A stretch of 35,240 bases of DNA from Nanobdellati archaeon (GCA_015520605.1 WAPT01000015.1:1-35240); one strand, 5' to 3'. Shown: positions 19,789-27,884, counted from the stretch's first letter. Notes: a model not told the origin generated them from the sequence alone. Program-made: numbers and translations.

Positions 19789-20193
19789 TTAAAACACAGA
19801 AATCCACACTTCTCTTTCCCTTCTCCTCGTGTCGAAATTTATCACGACTATCTGCTGCCATGTGCCAAGTAAAAGCTTTCCGTCCTTGAACGGCACTGCT
19901 ACACTCGGGCCTATTATACTCGCAAGGATGTGCGCAGCCCCGTTATCATCGTTCCACGTCTTGTGATGCTCGTAATCAAAATCGTACGGTACAAGCCTGC
20001 TGAGCACAGCCGGCAAGTCCTTCTGAAGGCCCGGCTCGAACTCAATCGTTGTGACAGCTCCTGTTGAACCCTTGGCGAAAACCACCACCACACCATCCTT
20101 TTTACCGCTCCTCTCAACCGTTTCCTGCACCTCTCTTGTTATGTCCGCCATCCCACCATATCCTTCAAGCTCAACCACTATCCTTTCCATCAT
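19789..20193 (-). CDS. yjbQ: YjbQ/UPF0047 family protein
   Basis: DIT..V, GSTGAVTTIEFEPGL..D, HH...DDNGAAH and LGTWQQI....FD motifs; start at 20193 or 20190. Confidence 0.92.
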   Translation of the reverse strand: MMERIVVELEGYGGMADITREVQETVERSGKKDGVVVVFAKGSTGAVTTIEFEPGLQKDLPAVLSRLVPYDFDYEHHKTWNDDNGAAHILASIIGPSVAVPFKDGKLLLGTWQQIVVINFDTRRREREVWISVF

Positions 20194-21139
20194 TTCTGCC
20201 CACCTCAATCGCTTTCTCAAGCACAGGGATTATGCTGACAACCCTGAGCTTTTTCCTCATTTTCTGCTGGATGGTGTCAGTAACAATTATCATGTCCGCA
20301 TGCTCCGCAACCTTTTCATAACCATTCCCCACAAAAAGACCGTGCGTTGCCGCACAGATTACAGCTTCACATCCAAGCTCTTCCTTCAGCATCCTTGCTG
20401 CCGATGCCATCGTTCCGCCTCCAGCTATCATATCATCAAGAACAAGCACGTTCTTTCCTTTCAGACTTCCTTTTTCATACACAACCTTGACCTCATATTC
20501 TCTCTTTGAAGCGCTGCATGTGCATTTGGTTACCTCAGCTCCGCAATGCTTGCAAACCTTCACCTTGCTAAAGCCAGCAAGATAATCAACACCTAGAGTT
20601 TCCAACCATCTGGACCCACCAAAATCCGGAGTAACTATCTCTACCTCCCCAAATTCATCTCGCGCAGCTTTTATAAGTTCGTGTACGGCTGTGACGTTTC
20701 TTACAGCTACTCCATTCCTTTTAATGAGCGTTTGCTCCCTCATAAAATGAGCATCGACCGTTATAATCTCCTTAACTCCAAGAGCGGATAGGAGGTCCAT
20801 TACAACCAGGCTCGATATAGCTTCACCATCCATGAACCTCTTGTCCTGCCTCGCGTAAGCATAATATGGTATGACACATCTGATGTCCCCGACACCATAA
20901 TCCGCGAGCGTGTGGCATGAAAGAAAAAGTTCCATCAATTTCCTGTCCTGCTCGGGATAGGGGGTCTGTACAACATAAACGCACTGCTGTTTACTTTTTG
21001 GAAGGTCTTTAACATCAAGCCTCACGTAAGTCTCACCATCCGGAAACGTTTTTGTTACGGAATGGATAATATCCCCTACCTTCCACCCTTTCTCCAGGTG
21101 TTTCGCTCCGCTCAAAAAGACAAAGCTCACAGCCACCAC
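20171..21139 (-). CDS. prs: Ribose-phosphate pyrophosphokinase with Cys-rich insertion
   Basis: FPDGETYVR, PYYAYARQDKRF, VDAH, PDFGG, LDDMIAGGGT, ATHGLF and TDTI motifs. Confidence 0.92.
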   Translation of the reverse strand: MVAVSFVFLSGAKHLEKGWKVGDIIHSVTKTFPDGETYVRLDVKDLPKSKQQCVYVVQTPYPEQDRKLMELFLSCHTLADYGVGDIRCVIPYYAYARQDKRFMDGEAISSLVVMDLLSALGVKEIITVDAHFMREQTLIKRNGVAVRNVTAVHELIKAARDEFGEVEIVTPDFGGSRWLETLGVDYLAGFSKVKVCKHCGAEVTKCTCSASKREYEVKVVYEKGSLKGKNVLVLDDMIAGGGTMASAARMLKEELGCEAVICAATHGLFVGNGYEKVAEHADMIIVTDTIQQKMRKKLRVVSIIPVLEKAIEVGRNDGKDSG

Positions 21140-21882
21140 CCCACCAGCTTTCCCCTGTTCCAGTCATCTATCACTCTTTTGGCCGCTCTTTTCGTATCGT
21201 ACTTGTTCCCCTTGCTTATGAAGTTCAGGCGCTTTGCGATTTCCTTCAGAGCCTCTTCCTCCTCTTCAAATTCAAAGCCATACACTTCTTTGAAGTTGTT
21301 ACCTTCAGCATTTTTTATTTTTTTGAGAAGTGTGAGAGCAGCGTTCTCCAAATCTTCAGCTGGAAAGAGTATGGGCCTCCACTCTTTCTCAGCCATTTCA
21401 GGGGGTATAACTCCGGGAGTATCGGAAAGCACTATATTTCTTGTTATCCTTATCCACTGCTTTCCCCTTGTATGTCCTGGCCTGGGAGCAACACTCGCTT
21501 TCTTTCTCCTTGCGAGCATGTTTATGAGGCTGCTCTTCCCGACGTTCGGGTAACCAAAAACACAGAGTCTTTTCTTCTCCTCAGTACCAAGATGTCTTTT
21601 CAAGCTCCACTTAAGGATGTTGAACCCGTAATACTTTGTTGCTGAAACATGAACAACATCAACGGCGTTGCTTTGTTCTTTCAGAACTTTCTTTGCCCTG
21701 TCCGCAAATTCCTTCGGCACAAGATCGACCTTGTTTATCACAATCCAGTACGGCTTGTTGAGTTTCTCCACAAACCTTTCCAATTTCCTACATCTCAACT
21801 CAGCGGGACATCTCGCATCTACAACCTCTATGCAAGCATCGCTATCAAGAATTTCCCTCTTAACCAGCCTTAAGAGATCCAT
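21127..21882 (-). CDS. Circularly permuted RbgA/YlqF-family ribosome biogenesis GTPase
   Basis: G4 (NKVDL) precedes G1 (GYPNVGKSS), then G.TRGKQW and DTPG; EVVDARCP N-terminus. Confidence 0.93.
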   Translation of the reverse strand: MDLLRLVKREILDSDACIEVVDARCPAELRCRKLERFVEKLNKPYWIVINKVDLVPKEFADRAKKVLKEQSNAVDVVHVSATKYYGFNILKWSLKRHLGTEEKKRLCVFGYPNVGKSSLINMLARRKKASVAPRPGHTRGKQWIRITRNIVLSDTPGVIPPEMAEKEWRPILFPAEDLENAALTLLKKIKNAEGNNFKEVYGFEFEEEEEALKEIAKRLNFISKGNKYDTKRAAKRVIDDWNRGKLVGWWL

Positions 21883-21919
21883 GTAAAACTCTTTAGAGAG
21901 GGAGAATTATAAAGATGCG

Positions 21920-21983
21920 CGCGGCTCATAAGCTACTCCTGAAATCATGACCGTCATTCTGGGACGGCTTAATCATCGCCGCG
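21920..21983 (-). ncRNA. Box C/D 2'-O-methylation guide sRNA
   Basis: Minus strand: CGCGGC-g-[C ATGATTA]-AGCCGTCCCAGA-[D' ATGA]-CGGTC-[C' ATGATTT]-CAGGAGTAGCTT-[D ATGA]-GCCGCG; 6-bp terminal stem, two 12-nt guides complementary to conserved 23S rRNA motifs, TATA elements upstream at 22004-22022. Confidence 0.85.
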
Positions 21984-22030
21984 GTTATAACATTCGGTCA
22001 GCATTTTTAAATAGTTATAAACTTCATCCC

Positions 22031-22927
22031 ATGCCCGATCATAATGATAAAACAGTGGTAAAACGATTGGAAGAAGTAAAGAACTATATCTCATCCCCGC
22101 AGGGCAGAGAGGTAGTGCAGGCGTACAACAAGCTTGTTGAGTCTCTAACTTCCATCCCATCGAGTGAGGCACGGGGGTCGCTGGCGCTGGCCATTGCCAA
22201 TAACCTTTATTGTGAGGTGGTTGGAAATATAACAGAAGAGCGTCCAGAACTTGTGTGCACGGGAGTTATAATGTTGGACAAGAAGTTAGAAAGTGCAGGA
22301 TACGAAAGCTTGGTTAATGTGCCTGAAGATGTTAAAGAAAAAATAACAGAAGCAGCCTCATCGTTCTTGGACGAATTGTATAAGATTCTGAGGAACGAAC
22401 AAAACCACGATGTAAGTATGAGCGATACTCAAGTCCACAGCCGCGCGAGCGGAAGAATGAGATTTAGAGACGTACAAGCCAGATATCTTCTTTACGCTTT
22501 GGCGGAACTTCCACCTGAGGATATCAAAAGGATAGAGGTGGAGATGGAGGGGAGAATGGAGAACTCTCACTATAACTTACTTTCCAGACTTTCCCGAAAT
22601 AATATTGTAAGGGTCGTGGACTATGGAACAGAGAGGAAAACCGTCTTGACAGACGATGGTGAAGCGCTCCTTGAAGAATGGTACAAAAGGATGAAAAGGA
22701 AAGGAGTGGTACACAGAGTTGTTGATAATCTTTCAAAGCTGAATGAGGATGCGGTACACACACTCATTTCAAAACTGCGAGAGTTGGAACGCAGGATAGA
22801 AACGGCGAGCGAAATTCAGGCTTGGCATAAAAAAGAAGCAATCACCAAGAACGATGAGTACGGATCGAATAGAGATGAAATCAAACCCATCTACAAGAAA
22901 GAAAAGATTGGAACACGGAATATTTGA
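22031..22927 (+). CDS. Hypothetical protein with C-terminal winged-helix-like segment
   Basis: Start moved to ATG 22031 (after a TATA box and clear of the sRNA); LLSRLSRNNIV......RKTVLTDDGEALL resembles a MarR-type wing. Confidence 0.7.
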   Translation: MPDHNDKTVVKRLEEVKNYISSPQGREVVQAYNKLVESLTSIPSSEARGSLALAIANNLYCEVVGNITEERPELVCTGVIMLDKKLESAGYESLVNVPEDVKEKITEAASSFLDELYKILRNEQNHDVSMSDTQVHSRASGRMRFRDVQARYLLYALAELPPEDIKRIEVEMEGRMENSHYNLLSRLSRNNIVRVVDYGTERKTVLTDDGEALLEEWYKRMKRKGVVHRVVDNLSKLNEDAVHTLISKLRELERRIETASEIQAWHKKEAITKNDEYGSNRDEIKPIYKKEKIGTRNI

Positions 22928-23355
22928 TAATCGAAACCCCGACCGGGGATAAGTATCTACCTTTACTGCAACTGGATGTTTTTGATTCACGAAAGAATCG
23001 ACTTGTCAACAGATTTTCCGTGGAGTTTATTTTTTTGCAGGTTCTAGAAGAATTGGAAAGAGAGAATGGCAAAGAGATTAAAAGAAAGATTCTTTTTGGT
23101 TTAGTTTCTCGCGGTGCTGTGGTTGAAAACGAGGACGGGAGCGTGAGCATAGATGAAATCTATCGATCTCTTCTTCACAGAGCCAAGAAGGATCCGATGG
23201 GACATGATTTTGAAAATGTAAGCGAAATAGAAACGTTAGAGATAGGCGCGGTTCTCAGGTGGATAGACGGAGTTGGCGAGATAATCGTGCCGCCACCCTC
23301 GATCTTTGCGAGACTTGTACGAAATTACGAAAAACTTTACTTGCAGGAACTTTAA
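22924..23355 (+). CDS. Hypothetical protein (possible winged helix)
   Basis: TTG start overlapping the upstream TGA; ILFGLVSRGAVVENEDGSVSI; T-rich tract after the stop. Confidence 0.6.
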   Translation: MIIETPTGDKYLPLLQLDVFDSRKNRLVNRFSVEFIFLQVLEELERENGKEIKRKILFGLVSRGAVVENEDGSVSIDEIYRSLLHRAKKDPMGHDFENVSEIETLEIGAVLRWIDGVGEIIVPPPSIFARLVRNYEKLYLQEL

Positions 23356-23392
23356 TTTTTCATTCTCTACTCTCTATCTGTTCTTTATTATC

Positions 23393-24115
23393 TCATTCAT
23401 TCATCCTTTTTGATTTCAGGTCCACCATTTTTCTACCCAACATCAATTTAGCTTCAGGATCTTTTTCTAAGTTGAACAAGTTCCTGAGGTAATGGATAAC
23501 ATAATAAAGATACACATCCTGGGGAGGAGCACCCTCAACACTTTTGATGAGGTCTCTTGCTCTCTCCACAAATTCAACACCCTTCTGACCTAAATACACG
23601 TGTTCATTATCCTTTTCTAGCAAGCCCAGTTTAAACATTTCTTCAGCAAGCATATGTTCCAATCTTTTCCTCTCTTTTGTGTACTTTTTCATAACGTTCG
23701 ACATCCTGCCATGAATATCTGCGCTGAAATGATTGCATAATTCCGTTTCTTCAACATAATCTCTGAGCCTTCTGACTTTGCAAACTCTCTCTATGAACTT
23801 TTCATAAGTTGGAATACGAACATGATCCACACGAGATACGGTATCCAGAACCAGAAACTCAGGGGCGTAGGTATACTTTGCATTCTCAAACCAATCATTC
23901 AAATATTTTAGCACAGGTAGCTCAACATCATCATCAACGTAAATACCGATCGCACTCCGTGGCATCACAGCCCTTTTTTCAGAATGGCGGAGATCACGTT
24001 CTCCTTCTTTACCCTCACCTCTCCAGTAAAGACGCGTCATTCTCACAAGCTCAAGCTCGTCGCTCCTCTCCCCACACCAATATTTTAACGTTTTCTCAAC
24101 AACATCGCTCTTCAT
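23393..24115 (-). CDS. Hypothetical protein (possible winged helix), downstream of the radical SAM gene
   Basis: ATG 24115 preceded by GAGGGG (alternative start 24130); EEMFKLGLLEKDNEHVYLGQKG. Confidence 0.7.
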   Translation of the reverse strand: MKSDVVEKTLKYWCGERSDELELVRMTRLYWRGEGKEGERDLRHSEKRAVMPRSAIGIYVDDDVELPVLKYLNDWFENAKYTYAPEFLVLDTVSRVDHVRIPTYEKFIERVCKVRRLRDYVEETELCNHFSADIHGRMSNVMKKYTKERKRLEHMLAEEMFKLGLLEKDNEHVYLGQKGVEFVERARDLIKSVEGAPPQDVYLYYVIHYLRNLFNLEKDPEAKLMLGRKMVDLKSKRMNE

Positions 24116-25214
24116 TCCCCTCAACCTCATAAAGCGGATCAACTTGCATTATGAACCTGTCATCTGCTGGAAGTTCCCACACAAGCTCAACTTTGTATCC
24201 GTGGTGTGCAGCCTTATACCCCAGCTTCTCGGATGTTTCAACAACCCCCATGTTATTATTCACATAGAAGTTCCTTGGAGAGGCTCTCAAAACTCTCATT
24301 AACTCATCCTTAAGCTGTTCAAGCTCCTGCCCTTCCTTGGGGTAGATATATGCCTTAAGCAGCCAACCCTCGTCACTCACCCTCTCGTAAGACCTTTTCA
24401 TACTCTCCGCCCGTAACTTAAACCTGTTGCGTAGCTGAAAATATTCTTTAACGTAGCTCTCACAGAAGTGCGCGCTTAGGTTTGTGGTATAAGCGGCTAT
24501 GTACTTTATCATCTTCCTGCCAAGCTCATAACTACCTTTGACCGTGTTAAACTCATCAAAGTTTAGCTCATAACCCCTTGCCATGATTTCATCCGCCGTC
24601 AGCTCTGAAGCTTCAAACTCGTTTAGGTTTATGAACTTTGCTCCAATGTCTTCAAGGTAGTGAACCATCTCCTTAATATAGTCCTCTTTATCGGGTATGC
24701 ACGGGATCTCAACCCCAACATCAAAAGAATACTCAACCGCTATCTTCACAAGAGGCCAGTTCCGCTTATTCTCCATATCGAGGTGGAAGCGCAGTTCATC
24801 AAGGCCAGCATCCTCAAGCTTGCTTAGAGCATCACGGAACTTCTCCTCGTTCAGTATACCATAGGTGTAAAGATGGATGTGAAAGCTCCGCCCAAACGTA
24901 TCCTTCAAGAGCTTTATGTAGTGCAGGGTTCTCTCCAATCTCACTAAGGGATCCCCTCCAGTAACACCAACACCCCTGGATTGGCAGAGTTCCACTTCTC
25001 TTATGATGTCTTCACCGCTCTTTACATGGATCTCGTTTATCACAGTTATGTCTTTGTTCTTTCTGTAAGAGGAGAGAGGACAGTAGAAACAGTTAACTGG
25101 ACAGATGCCGGTAACAAAAAGCACGGATTTCAGACCCTTTATGCACAACTCGCACCCCTTTGGCAGTATACCGACATATTTCGAGCCGGCTAAGCTCGTC
25201 TTTACTTTTCTCAT
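24096..25214 (-). CDS. Archaeal radical SAM protein (COG2108-like)
   Basis: LPKGCELCIKGLKSVLFVTGICPVNCFYCPLS (CxxxCxxC), TGGDPL, HIHLYT, GLDELRFH; start moved to ATG 25214. Confidence 0.92.
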   Translation of the reverse strand: MRKVKTSLAGSKYVGILPKGCELCIKGLKSVLFVTGICPVNCFYCPLSSYRKNKDITVINEIHVKSGEDIIREVELCQSRGVGVTGGDPLVRLERTLHYIKLLKDTFGRSFHIHLYTYGILNEEKFRDALSKLEDAGLDELRFHLDMENKRNWPLVKIAVEYSFDVGVEIPCIPDKEDYIKEMVHYLEDIGAKFINLNEFEASELTADEIMARGYELNFDEFNTVKGSYELGRKMIKYIAAYTTNLSAHFCESYVKEYFQLRNRFKLRAESMKRSYERVSDEGWLLKAYIYPKEGQELEQLKDELMRVLRASPRNFYVNNNMGVVETSEKLGYKAAHHGYKVELVWELPADDRFIMQVDPLYEVEGNEERCC

Positions 25215-25310
25215 GAAAAAATTTGTTTTTGAATGAAATTTAAAAAACTGCCGAACAGAAACAAGCATATTACTGTGTGTTAGCATGACTTGAACCAAAA
25301 TAGAAAAATC

Positions 25311-25480
25311 GGGCTCGGACGGTGGGGGACGCGCACCCTCTCGCCACACCGGTTTAGGACCGGAGACCTTTGTCCCCCACCCTCCGATGTAAAGCAACAT
25401 CGCCCTTTCGGTCGACCATCGATGCCCTCTTTAGCACCGGGTCTCATCCCAAGTTATGCCCTGCCCAACCCTGGTGCCAT
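25311..25480 (-). ncRNA. Unidentified structured non-coding RNA, about 170 nt
   Basis: 62% GC (106/170 by hand count) between AT-rich flanks; long helices; G-U pairs and a GAAA tetraloop favour the minus strand; TTAAATA about 25 nt upstream (25506-25512) and a T-tract immediately downstream. Confidence 0.75.
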
Positions 25481-25589
25481 CTACCTAATCAAATGGTTCC
25501 GGAAGTATTTAAGTTTTCCGGTCTCTCAACATATAAGTCTCAGAATACAAGTCCAAAAATTGCGTAATTTTTTGAGAAATCCAACAGTT

Positions 25590-26201
25590 TTAATCAAAAT
25601 CGGGAGCAAGTTCATTCTCAAAAGCTTCCGTAAACCTCTTAAGCTTTCTATCGTTTTCCTCCATCCTGGTGTTCAACATTTCCACCACGAACCCGATATA
25701 GTCTTCACTTACGCTGATCTTATTATTTATCCCTACAGGCACGGCAACGTAATCCGTGGCTATAACTTCCACAAACGGAAAAGGAGTAACTCTGAACATC
25801 CCACTCCTCTTGAATCCCAACCTTATGCACAGATTTATCAGCTTTTCTGCAGCTTCAAGATCTCTGCACCCTATATGAAGTATGAAAGACTCAAATTTGA
25901 GCCAGAGCACGGAGTTTGGGAAAGCCCTACTCTCGAGAACGTTTCTTATATTTTCGGTAATTTCCTCCACTTTCACCTTTCTGTGCCACTTAGCAACGAA
26001 TTTATGATCCTTTTTCTTTCCTTTGAGAGGAACATGTGAAAGGCTTATCCTGCCGCTGCATGATGATGTGGTGAAGAAATTCCGCGTTTTGTTTATGATG
26101 TCGAGGAGAGGTATAACTTTTTTATCCACTTCTCCATTTTCCATCGCTCTTTTCAAAGCATTCAGACTTCTCTCTTTATGCCCGTCAAAATCAGCACTCA
26201 T
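25590..26201 (-). CDS. taw3: tRNA wybutosine-pathway methyltransferase Taw3/TYW3
   Basis: GEVDKKVIPLLDIIN, TTSSCSGRI, KWH, ILH and GFKRSG motifs. Confidence 0.93.
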   Translation of the reverse strand: MSADFDGHKERSLNALKRAMENGEVDKKVIPLLDIINKTRNFFTTSSCSGRISLSHVPLKGKKKDHKFVAKWHRKVKVEEITENIRNVLESRAFPNSVLWLKFESFILHIGCRDLEAAEKLINLCIRLGFKRSGMFRVTPFPFVEVIATDYVAVPVGINNKISVSEDYIGFVVEMLNTRMEENDRKLKRFTEAFENELAPDFD

Positions 26202-26213
26202 AATGAATCGCCC

Positions 26214-26867
26214 TTAACCTTCCAAAACGATACGGTAGTCTGCAGCCACGATTCTGTCTCCAAAAACAAAAACAGGATTCAGATCCATCTCATAGATATG
26301 TTTCTTCTCAACAAATTTTGCAACTTTGAGAATAAAAGAAGCGAGTTTCTCTTTATTTACTGGAGGGATGTTTCTGAAACCGCCAAGAAGTTTATTGAAT
26401 TGTTTGGTCTCTGTTAACATTTCAATGGCATCCTTTTTTCTTATCGGCAGTACCCTCACCGAAAAAACTTTGAACACCTCGGCAAGCACACCTCCTAGCC
26501 CAAAGAGAATGACCCTTCCGAACAGCTCATCCGTTTTTGCCCCAACTATGAATTCGAGTCCCTTCTCCATTTTTTCCACAGCTACGCCTTTCAACTGATG
26601 TCCTTTCTCCTCCAATTCTTTCATAAGATTTCTGAAAGTTATCACGAGCTCCTCATCGCAGTTTATGTGAGTAACAACTCCGCCAACATCAGTTTTGTGT
26701 GTTGCACCCTCCGCTACGGCTTTTATCACAACGGGATATCCTATTTTTCGTGCAACTTCCAGCGCTTCACTCTCACTCTTCACCAGCTCGCCTTCGCATA
26801 CAGGTATGTTGTGTTTCTTTACAAGCTCCCTGCTCGTCCAGTAATCAAGTGCTCTCACACACACCAC
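26214..26867 (-). CDS. acdB: ADP-forming acetate/acyl-CoA synthetase beta subunit (ATP-grasp)
   Basis: IGYPVVIK, HKTDVGGV, FGLGGVLAEV, LLGGFRN, EMDLNPV and AADYRI motifs. Confidence 0.92.
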   Translation of the reverse strand: MVCVRALDYWTSRELVKKHNIPVCEGELVKSESEALEVARKIGYPVVIKAVAEGATHKTDVGGVVTHINCDEELVITFRNLMKELEEKGHQLKGVAVEKMEKGLEFIVGAKTDELFGRVILFGLGGVLAEVFKVFSVRVLPIRKKDAIEMLTETKQFNKLLGGFRNIPPVNKEKLASFILKVAKFVEKKHIYEMDLNPVFVFGDRIVAADYRIVLEG

Positions 26868-26889
26868 CCTTAAAGTGCGTGGAACAAAA

Positions 26890-27132
26890 TTACCTTATTG
26901 TTTTCTTCAGCCTGTAAGTTCTTATAAGTCCGGAGTAGTTTCTCACCTCCTCCACAACGTCGGATAAGTAGCTTTGTATGTACCTGTGAACCGTGCTTTT
27001 TGGAATTCCTGTCAGTCTCGCTATTTCCATTATCCACAACCCGTCGGGATGTTTTCTCAACACCTCAACAATCTTTTCTATCTTTCTCGGATCTGGCCCT
27101 GGTGGCCTGGGCATAGGAAACACCTTTCCCAT
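26890..27132 (-). CDS. Small winged-helix DNA-binding protein
   Basis: VLRKHPDGLWIMEIARLTGIPKSTVHRYI helix-turn-helix. Confidence 0.85.
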   Translation of the reverse strand: MGKVFPMPRPPGPDPRKIEKIVEVLRKHPDGLWIMEIARLTGIPKSTVHRYIQSYLSDVVEEVRNYSGLIRTYRLKKTIR

Positions 27133-27160
27133 TATGGGAAAAGCATCTATTTATATTCTT

Positions 27161-27577
27161 TCATTCTCTTTCTCTTTCATTTTCATTCTTTCTATTTTGT
27201 TTTTCTATAGCCTTCATTTTGTAAAAGATCTCTAGAGCTTCCTCAGCACTATTCGCTTTCATCTCACCAAAAACATGGGGGTGTCTTCTCTCAACCTTGG
27301 AAATTATCTCCGCAAGGACATCATTTATCGTGAATTTCTTTCCTTCCCTGCAGACCTGAGCGATCATAACCACCAGGAAAAGAACATCGCCCAGCTCCTC
27401 CTTTATATTATCCCAATCCTTCCTGTTTATTCCTTCCTCGAGCTCCTCAACTTCCTCCTTAAGGAAACGCATCCAATCCTCAATTTTTTGTTCTCTGTCC
27501 CAGGGACATCCTTCCTCGCTCCTTAACTTCTCAACCATCTTAACGAGCTTGGAGAAAGCATTATCGATATTCTCCAT
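27161..27577 (-). CDS. mazG: MazG-family nucleotide pyrophosphohydrolase (single domain)
   Basis: LRSEEGCPWDREQ, EE..EL, EELGDVLF and KVERRHPHVFG motifs. Confidence 0.93.
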   Translation of the reverse strand: MENIDNAFSKLVKMVEKLRSEEGCPWDREQKIEDWMRFLKEEVEELEEGINRKDWDNIKEELGDVLFLVVMIAQVCREGKKFTINDVLAEIISKVERRHPHVFGEMKANSAEEALEIFYKMKAIEKQNRKNENERERE

Positions 27578-27629
27578 GTAATTAAGCTGCCATAGTAATA
27601 TTAAAAATTTTCCTGCGGAGTTTTAAGCT

Positions 27630-27851
27630 ATGCGCGTGAAAATAATCTGGGACGCAGAAAGCTTGGAAGGTAATGATAAAGAACTTGAGTTTGAAGGTAA
27701 AAAGGCAAAGATTGAGGATATTCTGAGAAATGCAGGCATAAATCCCGTGACGGTACTCGTCAAAATCAACGATAAAATCGTGCCCACAGAAGAGGAAGTG
27801 GAAGGGGATGTGGTGGAGCTTCACATCATTCCTGTGGTGAGCGGTGGGTGA
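27630..27851 (+). CDS. Ubiquitin-like MoaD/ThiS/SAMP family protein
   Basis: 73 aa, beta-grasp pattern, ends IIPVVSGG*. Confidence 0.9.
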   Translation: MRVKIIWDAESLEGNDKELEFEGKKAKIEDILRNAGINPVTVLVKINDKIVPTEEEVEGDVVELHIIPVVSGG

Positions 27852-27884
27852 TATTATTAAATTTTCCACCCGAACCTTCCATCC

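Noticed and set aside
25324-25378. GGGGGAC/GTCCCCC stem enclosing a CCGG-UCCUAAA-CCGG loop, superficially like an amber (CUA) tRNA-Pyl
   Set aside because: Only 55 nt, no D or T arm, C rather than U at position 33, and no pyl genes in the window
25311-25480. Assignment of the GC-rich RNA as SRP RNA, RNase P RNA or 5S rRNA
   Set aside because: No SRP helix-8 CAGG/GNAA/AGCA motif, no RNase P GAGGAA..UCC or ACAGAA motifs, and no 5S CCGAAC loop
25290-26039. 249-aa plus-strand ORF
   Set aside because: Antisense shadow of taw3 and the structured RNA, with no recognisable motif
17701-26867. ACD alpha and beta subunit genes about 7 kb apart
   Set aside because: Separately encoded ACD subunits are well known in archaea such as Thermococcales
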